From assembly GCA_051003155.1 (NCBI GenBank), contig JBPCLO010000001.1, forward strand, positions 1 to 49,372: DNA of 49,372 nt. Direction: 5' to 3'. The position numbers were made by a program, and so were the translations under genes. The notes under the pieces were generated by a model that was given only the letters and a program-made list of their open reading frames with translations, was not told the DNA's origin and did no database searches. Shown here piece after piece: positions 28,617 to 37,336 of the stretch (position 1 is the first letter of the stretch; every line of letters starts with the position of its first letter). Source of the DNA: Fimbriimonadales bacterium. GTDB taxonomy: Bacteria; Armatimonadota; Fimbriimonadia; Fimbriimonadales; ATM1.

Positions 28617-29353
28617 TCGGCGTGCCCTCCGAACTTGCGTGTGCGTGCTTGGAAGCTCTTGCACGCCTCGACGAGGTCTTCCAAAGTGAACTCGGGCCAA
28701 GTTTTCGCGACAACCACGAGTTCGGCGTACGCACCCTGCCAAAGAAGGAAATTACTTAGCCGCATTTCGCCCGCCGTCCTTATCAAGAGGTCCGGTTCGG
28801 GGGCGTCGGGATTGTAAAGCTTCGCCGAGATCATGTCTTCGTCGACCGAACGCTCGCCTGCAGCCATGAGTCGATTGACCGCGTCGACGATCTCGGTACG
28901 TCCGCCGTAATTGACTGCCAAGGTAAACGTGATGCCCGTATTGTCCGCCGTGGTTTCCACGCCTTTTTCGAGCGCTCGGCGCAGCCCGTCAGGCACCTCG
29001 TTCAGCCTCCCTGCGACCTTTACGCGGACATTGTTGCGGAACATGATGCGGAGTTCGTCGATGGCCGCACGTTCGATCAACTTCATGAGGCCGTCGACCT
29101 CGACCTTTGGGCGGCGCCAATTCTCCGCGCTGAACGCGTACACCGTCAGATACTCAATACCAAGGTCGTTGGCTGCCAAGAGGACGGAACGAAGGGTTTT
29201 GTAGCCTTCGCGGTGGCCGAGGAGCCTCGGTATCCCTCGGGAACTCGCCCATCGGCCGTTACCGTCCATGATGATGCCGACGTGGACGGGCAAGGCGGAT
29301 AGGTCGAGTCCGGAATCGGCGGCGGCGGCGCGAACCGCATCGGCTGTCGGCAT
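28613..29353 (-). CDS. uppS: Undecaprenyl diphosphate synthase
   Basis: HVGIIMDGNGRWA, FSAENWRRP, NYGGR, RTAGEMRLSNFLLWQ motifs. Confidence 0.97.
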   Translation of the reverse strand: MPTADAVRAAAADSGLDLSALPVHVGIIMDGNGRWASSRGIPRLLGHREGYKTLRSVLLAANDLGIEYLTVYAFSAENWRRPKVEVDGLMKLIERAAIDELRIMFRNNVRVKVAGRLNEVPDGLRRALEKGVETTADNTGITFTLAVNYGGRTEIVDAVNRLMAAGERSVDEDMISAKLYNPDAPEPDLLIRTAGEMRLSNFLLWQGAYAELVVVAKTWPEFTLEDLVEACKSFQARTRKFGGHAE

Positions 29354-29432
29354 GGGTTAAGAGGTTACTCGCTGTGCGATAATAGCCGTGGCGGAGGTTC
29401 GGGACCCCCGCCTCGTTTTTGTTTAGATAGTT

Positions 29433-30746
29433 ATGAGAATTAGCGTCTTTGGTTTGGGTTATGTGGGAGCCGTGTCCGCCGGATGCCTCGCCGACGAGGG
29501 GCACGAGGTCATTGGCGTCGATCCGGCTAAGGTGAAAGTCGACCTGATCAATGCCGGGCAAACTCCTATTATCGAGAGGGACATCGGCGACATTATTGCG
29601 ACTGCGGTCCGCGACGGCCGCTTAAGGGCGACCGACGACATTGCGGACGCCGTGATAAACTCTGAAATATCGCTCATCTGCGTTGGCACCCCAAGCCACG
29701 TTAATGGCAGCCTGGATTTGCGCTATGTGGAAAGGGTTTGCGAAGAGATCGGCGGCGCGATTGCGAACAAGGGCGATTTTCATGTTGTGGTGGCCCGCAG
29801 CACGATGCTTCCTGGAAGCATGCGAGCCGTAGTCATTCCCACTCTCGAGAGCGCTTGTGGGAAGAAGGCCGGTGTCGATTTCGGCGTTTGCAACAACCCT
29901 GAGTTCTTGCGAGAAGGTACGGCTGTTTACGATTATGCCAATCCACCCAAGACTGTGATCGGCGAGATCGACGATCGAAGCGGGGATGTTTTGCATAGTC
30001 TCTACCAGCACCTCAACGCGCCGATGATTCGGACGGACCTGGAGACCGCGGAGATGGTGAAATACACGGACAACACGTGGCACGCACTGAAGGTCGCCTT
30101 CGCCAATGAAATCGGAAATATCTGCAAGGAATTGACAATCGACGGGCACAAGGTGATGAATATTTTTTGCCAAGATACCAAGCTGAACCTTTCGCCTTAT
30201 TACATGAAGCCGGGCTTTGCATTCGGCGGCTCGTGCCTTCCCAAGGATGTGAGGGCACTGGGATACAAAGCGCGTACACTCGATCTCGACCTTCCGGTTA
30301 TATCCTCGATTATTCCGAGCAACCAGCGGCAAATCGACAAAGGCATCAAGATGATTACCGAAAAGCCGAGCAAAAAGGTCGGTGTTTTGGGCTTTAGCTT
30401 CAAAGCCGGCACCGACGATTTGAGGGAGAGCCCGATCGTGACTGTCATCGAGCATTTGATCGGGAAAGGCTACGAAGTCAGCATTTACGACAAGCACGTA
30501 CAGATCGCGAAGCTGACCGGCGCAAATCGCGATTATATTCTCAATATTATTCCGCACATCTCGAGGCTAATGAAGTCGTCGGTGGAGGAAGTGCTGGATT
30601 GCGCTGACACGATCGTGATCGGCACCAAAGAGACTGAGTTCGAGAGCGTCCCGGGAAGGCTGCGCGAAGGGCAAGTGATCGTCGACCTTGTTCGCATTTC
30701 TGACGACGCGAGCGAAAAGGGCCGCTACGATGGCATCTGCTGGTAA
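29433..30746 (+). CDS. GDP-mannose 6-dehydrogenase-like nucleotide-sugar dehydrogenase (AlgD-like)
   Basis: MRISVFGLGYVGAV, CVGTPS, NPEFLREG, FGGSCLPKD, FKAGTDDLRESP, terminal GICW as in AlgD. Confidence 0.9.
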   Translation: MRISVFGLGYVGAVSAGCLADEGHEVIGVDPAKVKVDLINAGQTPIIERDIGDIIATAVRDGRLRATDDIADAVINSEISLICVGTPSHVNGSLDLRYVERVCEEIGGAIANKGDFHVVVARSTMLPGSMRAVVIPTLESACGKKAGVDFGVCNNPEFLREGTAVYDYANPPKTVIGEIDDRSGDVLHSLYQHLNAPMIRTDLETAEMVKYTDNTWHALKVAFANEIGNICKELTIDGHKVMNIFCQDTKLNLSPYYMKPGFAFGGSCLPKDVRALGYKARTLDLDLPVISSIIPSNQRQIDKGIKMITEKPSKKVGVLGFSFKAGTDDLRESPIVTVIEHLIGKGYEVSIYDKHVQIAKLTGANRDYILNIIPHISRLMKSSVEEVLDCADTIVIGTKETEFESVPGRLREGQVIVDLVRISDDASEKGRYDGICW

Positions 30747-31929
30747 AAAGAAACGCGTTCTCTTTATCGTCGAAAACCTGCCATCTCCGTTCGACCGCCG
30801 AGTTTGGCAAGAAGCCACAACCTTGCGCGATCATGGTTACCACATTTCTATTATCTGCCCGACCGGCAAGGGCTATGAGAAGAAGTTCGAGATCATCGAC
30901 GGCATTTCCATTTTTCGACACAACCTGCCCACCGAAGGCAGCGGCGCGTTGGGCTATCTCGTCGAATACGCAAGCGCTCTTTTTTGGCAATACTTTCTTG
31001 CCTGGAAAGTTCATCTTAGACAAGGGTTCGATGTCATCCATGCGTGCAACCCGCCTGATAATATATTCCTGGTCGGAGGATTTTTCAAGCTGTTTTTTCG
31101 AAAGAAGTTTCTATTTGACCATCACGATATCAATCCGGAGCTCTATATCGCGAAATTCGGAAGAAAGGGTTTTTTCTACAAAGTGATGCTATCGTGGGAG
31201 AAGTGGACGTTCAAGACCGCCGACGTATCCATCGCGACGAACGAATCTTATAAGCGTATCGCGATCGAGCGCGGAGGAATGCCTCCCGAGAAAGTGTTCG
31301 TGGTGCGTAGCGGCCCCAGTTTGGAGCGGTTGAAAATCACTCCCCCGCTCGAATCGCTAAAGAAGGGAAGAAAATACCTGGTCGGCTATGTCGGCGTCAT
31401 GGGCAAACAGGAGGGCCTCCATTATTTGCTTGAGGCAGCCCAGCACATCGTCCGCGACCTCGGCCGACGGGATGTCCAATTCGGACTCGTTGGCGGCGGG
31501 ACTGAGTTGGAGGAACTCAAGGCTCTCGCCCAAGAATTGAAGATTTGGGACTACGTTACGTTCACCGGTCGAGTTCCCGATAACGAAATGCTCACCATGC
31601 TCAACACTTCCGATGTTTGCGTGAATCCAGACGTTTACAACGAGATGAACGACAAATCGACCATGAATAAAATCATGGAATATATGGCGCTGGGCAAGCC
31701 CATCGTTCAATTCGATCTGACAGAAGGCCGGGTTTCGGCCCAAGAGGCGTCTCTTTATGCCGAGAGAAACAATTCAATCAGCCTTGCCGAGAAGATATTG
31801 GAGCTCCTCGATAACCGCGAACGCAGGCGCCAAATGGGAGATTTCGGACGAAAGCGCGTAGAAAACGAGCTCGAATGGAAATATGAAGTTCCGAAGCTCC
31901 TGGCAGCCTACGACGCGCTCAAGCTATAA
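30730..31929 (+). CDS. Glycosyltransferase family 4 (WbuB-like)
   Basis: FDRRVWQEA, HACNPPD, NKIMEYMALGKPIV motifs; overlaps the upstream gene. Confidence 0.92.
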   Translation: MASAGKKKRVLFIVENLPSPFDRRVWQEATTLRDHGYHISIICPTGKGYEKKFEIIDGISIFRHNLPTEGSGALGYLVEYASALFWQYFLAWKVHLRQGFDVIHACNPPDNIFLVGGFFKLFFRKKFLFDHHDINPELYIAKFGRKGFFYKVMLSWEKWTFKTADVSIATNESYKRIAIERGGMPPEKVFVVRSGPSLERLKITPPLESLKKGRKYLVGYVGVMGKQEGLHYLLEAAQHIVRDLGRRDVQFGLVGGGTELEELKALAQELKIWDYVTFTGRVPDNEMLTMLNTSDVCVNPDVYNEMNDKSTMNKIMEYMALGKPIVQFDLTEGRVSAQEASLYAERNNSISLAEKILELLDNRERRRQMGDFGRKRVENELEWKYEVPKLLAAYDALKL

Positions 31930-33900
31930 ATATTCAGAAAACCAACGAAGCTGCTCGTTCATGCGGTGGATTTTTAGATCCGGCGGCCCGGAACGCGAAA
32001 GCCCATGGCTGGTCGATGCCGGATATCGCACGTAGCGGGTCGGCACGCCCTTCATTTTGAGGAAGGTGTAAACCTGGTCGCCCTGCTCCACATTGCATCG
32101 CAAATCGCCTTCGCTGTGGATCACCAATGTCGGTGTCTTTGCGTTACCGAAGTGCTTCACGGGGCTCTTGTCCCACAACAATTCCCAGTCGTCATATGCG
32201 GCGCCTGGCCAGTTGCCGTTGGGAACGAACGTATAATCACTGTTGCCGCTCTTGCTGAGCAGATTGCTGACGCTGCGGTCGCTGATTGCACACTGGTACT
32301 CGTCGCAATGACCGATCGCCCAATTGACGATATAGCCGCCATAGCTACCTCCCATAATTGCGACGCGCGCGGGATCGACATACGGCAGTGACTTGCAAAA
32401 CCGAGTCACCGCTTGGACATCCGCCCAGTCCTTGTTGCCCCAATCGCCCATGATGCAGCGCGCGAACTCCTCGCCGTATCCGGTGCTCCCGCGCGGGTTG
32501 CTGAATACGACGACATATCCCTTCGCCACGAGCACCTGCATTTCGATGAAGAAACAGCACGTATACATGCCGTGCGGGCCACCGTGAACCTCGATCGCCG
32601 CCGGAAACGGGCCGTCGCCTGGCGGTTTAAGAACCCATGTCTGAACTTTGGTGCCGTCTTCGCTCTCGACCCAGCGCTCCTCGGGCTCGGCAATCTCGAT
32701 TTCGTCGAGAAGCTCCTTGTTGAACTCCGAGCGCCATGCAGGTTCGCCGCTCTCTAGGATCAGGACTTCCGGAAGCGACGTGGGAGTTGGATTCACTACC
32801 GCAATCCGCTCGCCGGCTATGCTTCCGAGCGATAACTCTGCCGCTTCCTTCGTCAGGAACTCGATGTCGCCGACCGCGATGTCAACTTTGCAAAGCTGCG
32901 TCGCTCCTTCGAGCGATAGGTTGAAATAAATGCTCTTCGAATCCTTGGACCACAGCAGTTGCGCTTCGCCGGCAGGCTCTTTCACGTCGCTTAGGGTCCA
33001 CACATGCAGATCGTAATCTGATCCTTTGATGAGGTTCTTCCATTCCCCGGAAAGCGGGTTGAAAAGGCATAGGCCGGCGTTCTTCGTCCCGAACTTATCC
33101 TTCGACCGATCCGCGAACGCCATCGCCGCCCAAGCCCCGTCGGGAGAAAACGAAAGGGAGCTCTTGTTTCCAACCGGATAGCCCCTGAGCGGCTCCATAT
33201 CGCCAGTGCATGGGTCCACGAATACCAGGTCCTCTTGCCACGGCTCCATAGTCGGGCAGTCGGAAGAGTTGAAGCCCACGAGCAATCGAGATGAGTCGGG
33301 GGTCCAACCGAATGCGTACTCACCATCCTTGGCCTTGTCACATACGACGATATGTCCCTTCGCCGAAAAATCGAGAACGCAGAGTTTGAACCGCTCATCG
33401 CCAAATACCCCGTCGCCGTCCATCCGCCATTGCAGGGTCTCGATCACGCGCGGCGGCTCGCTCAGACCGGTTTTCTCCCGCTCTTCCTTGGCTTCCTTGG
33501 CACGCGCTGATTCGCGCTCGCGAAACAGGAATGCGATCTTTGAGCCATCGGGCGAGCATTCGTATTTACCGATAGAGCCCTCCGGCAAGTCAGATACCTC
33601 GACAGCCTCCCCACCCTGGAGCGGCAGCATGAGGAATTGAGATTTAGGCTTTCGCCGATTACTTACAAAGTTGATCCCGCTACCGTCCGGCTTCCAACGC
33701 GGGGCCGAGTCGGACGAATCTCCGAAGGTAAGTTGACGAAGCTCGCCATTCCGGAAAAGCCACAGGTTGGAGGCATAATTGTTCTTATCTCCCACAGCCT
33801 TGACAGAAAAGACCGTCATCGACCCGTCCGGTGACAACTGGGGGTCCGACGGAATGCGGATGCGAAGAAGGTCTTCGGGTGAAATTGGGCGCTTGGCCAT
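31924..33900 (-). CDS. S9 family peptidase (acylaminoacyl/dipeptidyl aminopeptidase)
   Basis: Propeller N-domain, HGGPH, NPRGSTGYG, GGSYGG nucleophile, HSEGDLRC, SHGLSRSG. Confidence 0.95.
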   Translation of the reverse strand: MAKRPISPEDLLRIRIPSDPQLSPDGSMTVFSVKAVGDKNNYASNLWLFRNGELRQLTFGDSSDSAPRWKPDGSGINFVSNRRKPKSQFLMLPLQGGEAVEVSDLPEGSIGKYECSPDGSKIAFLFRERESARAKEAKEEREKTGLSEPPRVIETLQWRMDGDGVFGDERFKLCVLDFSAKGHIVVCDKAKDGEYAFGWTPDSSRLLVGFNSSDCPTMEPWQEDLVFVDPCTGDMEPLRGYPVGNKSSLSFSPDGAWAAMAFADRSKDKFGTKNAGLCLFNPLSGEWKNLIKGSDYDLHVWTLSDVKEPAGEAQLLWSKDSKSIYFNLSLEGATQLCKVDIAVGDIEFLTKEAAELSLGSIAGERIAVVNPTPTSLPEVLILESGEPAWRSEFNKELLDEIEIAEPEERWVESEDGTKVQTWVLKPPGDGPFPAAIEVHGGPHGMYTCCFFIEMQVLVAKGYVVVFSNPRGSTGYGEEFARCIMGDWGNKDWADVQAVTRFCKSLPYVDPARVAIMGGSYGGYIVNWAIGHCDEYQCAISDRSVSNLLSKSGNSDYTFVPNGNWPGAAYDDWELLWDKSPVKHFGNAKTPTLVIHSEGDLRCNVEQGDQVYTFLKMKGVPTRYVRYPASTSHGLSRSGPPDLKIHRMNEQLRWFSEYL

Positions 33901-33987
33901 AAAGCGAACCTTACCCAAATGCCGGCGTCGGTATCGTAGCGGAACTGTCACCCGCTCGTCATATGTAGAGGAAGGCAGAGGTCAATC

Positions 33988-35376
33988 ATGAAGAGAATCG
34001 GATTCGTTTCCATTGCACTGATCGCAAGTGTCGGGGCCAGCGCACAGGACGGCTGGAAGAATCCCAAAGCCGTGTCCGCTACGATCGTCGAGAGATACGC
34101 GGATCAGCCCGAGAAAAAGATCGATCTGGCACATAACGCCGGAGCCATTTCGTACCGGACAAGCGCCGGCATCGAAGGGCAACTGGCGGGCATCCCGCGC
34201 ATCGAGACCGCCGGCGGTGAAGGTGTTTTGACATGGATCGAGGGCAAGCCTGACGTAGCAATGCAGCTTTTCGCGCCGACCTCCTACGACGTAGGCGAGT
34301 TCCTCGAGCGGCCGGGTTTTTCACGAGCCGACCTCGAATTCAACTTGCAGGGCATCGAGAAAACGCTGTCCAGGAAGGTGCTTGTCGGCAAAAGCGAGGC
34401 CATTGCCGGCCGCGATTGCCTTGTGCTGAAAGTGCTCGAACGACCCGATTCAAGCGCAGACTATCAGCAACTCTGGATCGACCGAGAGACCGGCATAACG
34501 ATGAGGCAGCAGGATTACTTCGCCAGCAAGCGAACCTATGAGCGCGAAATCACCTCGATCGAATTCAAAACTTACGACAACTTCGCGCCGTCGCCGACGA
34601 TGAAGGTGCTCCGGGGCGTCGTCGCGCCGATTACGCTTCTCCAGGTCGGTCGGCTTGGCAACGCCGAGAGGTTCGTGGCCGATATCGCCAAGATCAACTC
34701 GAGCGGCAGCGCTTGGGCGAGCCCGTTCACCGCGCCGGACGGGTACGGCTATGCGCAAACCCTGTCACGCCAGGTGAGGCGTCAGCAGGTCGCTCTGGGA
34801 GGCTCTAAGAGTACCAACAATCAACAAACCGCAGCTCAGCGTGACGAGGAACGTCGTCGCACTCGGCGTGAGAACAGGCTCCGGAACCGCAGATTTCGGT
34901 CTCAGGAAGGAGAGATGCTAGAGTTCGAAGCCGCGGTCACGACCGACGTGGGCGTTCCCACCACGGTTACAGTGCAAGCCACACCCGACGGAGAGCGCAT
35001 CGTTACGTACGCAGGCACAGCAGCCGATGGCAAGGTCCTTGCGGCCGGCGGTACGCCTGGAGGCGCAACCGGTGACCAAGTCTTCCCGTTCGCAAAGAGC
35101 GACTTCGTCGATCCGTCGACGGGCCACACGCTGTCGCTCCTACAGATCAACGGAGCGGAAATCGAGCCGTTCATCGACATGCTCATCCTCGGAACGCCGA
35201 AGCTGAACCCGGACAACCGCTTGGCGAACTCGAAGCTCTACTCCGTCGACAAGCCCGCGAAGATAACAGCGGTGAGCTGGACGGTCGGCCAAGTCAGGTA
35301 CGCGCTGATCTCGACCGGACTGCCCACGGACAAGCTCCTCTCGATTGCAGCCACCGTCAAGAAAGCTGAGTGGTAG
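33988..35376 (+). CDS. Secreted protein with MucB/RseB/LolA-like N-terminal fold
   Basis: Signal peptide; E.IAGRDC.VL.V and LWIDRETGI..R motifs. Confidence 0.65.
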   Translation: MKRIGFVSIALIASVGASAQDGWKNPKAVSATIVERYADQPEKKIDLAHNAGAISYRTSAGIEGQLAGIPRIETAGGEGVLTWIEGKPDVAMQLFAPTSYDVGEFLERPGFSRADLEFNLQGIEKTLSRKVLVGKSEAIAGRDCLVLKVLERPDSSADYQQLWIDRETGITMRQQDYFASKRTYEREITSIEFKTYDNFAPSPTMKVLRGVVAPITLLQVGRLGNAERFVADIAKINSSGSAWASPFTAPDGYGYAQTLSRQVRRQQVALGGSKSTNNQQTAAQRDEERRRTRRENRLRNRRFRSQEGEMLEFEAAVTTDVGVPTTVTVQATPDGERIVTYAGTAADGKVLAAGGTPGGATGDQVFPFAKSDFVDPSTGHTLSLLQINGAEIEPFIDMLILGTPKLNPDNRLANSKLYSVDKPAKITAVSWTVGQVRYALISTGLPTDKLLSIAATVKKAEW

Positions 35377-35383
35377 CCCAAAC

Positions 35384-36124
35384 CTACTCGCCGTGCTGCT
35401 CGTAATGCTCGCTGGCGGTCTGCGTTAGCGTGCTGAAGTGCGCACCTTTCTCGCGAAGGTAGCTCACGGTGTCGTTCAAGGCGTCTGTGCAGTTCGTGTA
35501 GTCGCGCATGCCGATGCAGAGAACCTCCCGATCCAGGCACGCGTCGACGACGGGTCGAATCTCATTGAACCCCTTGTCTAGATAAGCGTATGAGCCGTTC
35601 GTGGCACTCACGGGAACCTCCAATATCTTGCTATCGCCCTTCTGCTTGAGGTCCTCGGTATTGGGATGGTACGGCTCGGTTGGGCCGCCTTCCCAGTTGA
35701 CGAACATGCGATAGTCGCTCCCCGCAACGGAGCTGGAGCTCACGAGAATTCCAATGTCTTCCAAATACTTGAGGTCGCTCGGGAGCAATGCGAAAGCGCC
35801 GGCGCGGAAGGAAGTAGCCTTGATTCGGTGGGATTTCAGCGTGTCTTTCGCGATCCGGATGATATTGCCGCGCTCTTTGTCGTTGTCGACGTACCCGCGC
35901 TCGTTTTCGAAATAGACCAGCATGCCCATTTCGTGCCAGCTGGGGATTTTGTGCATGTACTCCCGGTAGTAAAGATTCGTGTTCGCAGAGGGGTCGGCTT
36001 CGGAAATGTGGATGAGCCACGTGATCGGTACGAAAAGCTGTTCGGAAAGTTTGATGAGTTCTCCGGTATAGCACCGGTCGTGGTGGGCTGCTTTGCAGTC
36101 CACCGTCAGAGCAACTGTGGGCAT
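35384..36124 (-). CDS. Polysaccharide-deacetylase-like (NodB barrel) protein, degenerate motifs
   Basis: LTVD start, P.TW, HEMG, SFRAGAF, PYHP, ILEVPVS; GGAGAAG SD. Confidence 0.6.
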   Translation of the reverse strand: MPTVALTVDCKAAHHDRCYTGELIKLSEQLFVPITWLIHISEADPSANTNLYYREYMHKIPSWHEMGMLVYFENERGYVDNDKERGNIIRIAKDTLKSHRIKATSFRAGAFALLPSDLKYLEDIGILVSSSSVAGSDYRMFVNWEGGPTEPYHPNTEDLKQKGDSKILEVPVSATNGSYAYLDKGFNEIRPVVDACLDREVLCIGMRDYTNCTDALNDTVSYLREKGAHFSTLTQTASEHYEQHGE

Positions 36125-36300
36125 GTCTTTCTCTTCTCCAATGTCGCTGGATATCCTCGCGGACCTCGAGTTCCAGGGCGACGCCTCCATCATACACGAC
36201 CGCCCTCCCCTGTGGGAAGCGGTTGCCTGGGACCGGGCAAGGCGTCAGAGACTAGAATGGCCGCATCCCGGCGGCCGTTTCATACTGAACGCTTCGATGG

Positions 36301-36528
36301 TTACTTCTTGCGGCGGCTAACGCCCAAGGCCGCCAAGCCGACTCCCAGTACGAGCATCGTGCCCGGTTCGGGAACCGTGCAATATGTGGAGCCGGAGGCG
36401 CTTTTGAAGAGCGTGCTGTAGTCGGCTTTGGAGTTGAACGGCGGATCGAGACAGATCAGATCGACCGACTCGATCTCGACTTACTTGCGGAGGATGTCGA
36501 GGTTGTCGCCATAGTAGAGTTCGTTCAC
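36301..36528 (-). pseudogene. Chimeric remnant: DNA methyltransferase N-terminus fused in frame to a PEP-CTERM tail
   Basis: Reads VNELYYGDNLDILRK*VEIESVDLICLDPPFNSKADYSTLFKSASGSTYCTVPEPGTMLVLGVGLAALGVSRRKK*. Confidence 0.85.
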
Positions 36529-36634
36529 GTCGAAAGTATGGAGGGGCGGCGACTAGGGATTGCCACTCCCCGCGGCACGATCATTCGCGTATTTCATGTA
36601 GCATCTGACACCGAAACGCAATGGTCGACTGCGA

Positions 36635-37322
36635 TCACCAACGCTTCGGGAGGGATTCGATCCGGTCTTCCAGTTGGGTCATTTCTTCGGGAGAGGCACA
36701 TGGTCGGTAAAAGCGTTCTTGTGTCTTCAGTCGGGCCCAGGCATTTTCAAGTAGCTCCCGCCCCTGCCAGCCGGCGGCATCGATTTCGATACGCGTTAGG
36801 GCATCGACAAGATCTCCGGAGGGTTGAGGCGCTCCGATCCCAGTATCCGACAGTTCCCTAACGAGCCTTTTTGCTCGCTTAGGCACAGGGTCGTAGTAAG
36901 AGATCGCCCTCAGTTCTAAAGCCCTTCAATCGAAACAGGTAGTGCCGCTCCCCTGGCGTCACGCCGAACGATTCGGGGACGATGTGGCGAGCCTTCCTCA
37001 CCCACTTCATCGCCTCCTTGCCGTCTTCGAAATGTTGCAGAAGACTCCTGGCAATGTGGCCCGAGCAGTCTTCCCCGATGGGCAAGTCGAGCTTCGGCAA
37101 GGTCCTCAAAGTGGCGAGCGCCTTCTTCTTTTCGCCATTCCAACAGTACATGCTAAATTGGTCGAGGACACCGGCGTACAAGTCGATCGGCGTACCGATT
37201 TTGCGGACCTTATCGATAAGCTCTGCCATGACGGGCTCTTCTATCTCGAGTCCCTTCCATTGCACCTTGCGGTATCGGCGCACAAGTGCAAGCCACTTCG
37301 AAATGGAGTATTTGTCGCTCAT
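36635..37322 (-). pseudogene. Hypothetical helical protein split by a 1-nt frameshift
   Basis: ORFs 36879..37322 and 36635..36886 join by removing one T at GGCTTTA (~36918-36920), giving ...RLKGLELRAISYYDPVPKRAKRL...; GGAGG SD at the start. Confidence 0.6.
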
Positions 37323-37336
37323 GCCTCCGTGCTCAT

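Noticed and set aside
26385..29353. uppS-dxr-rseP without cdsA
   Set aside because: Minor, common rearrangement; not evidence of loss.
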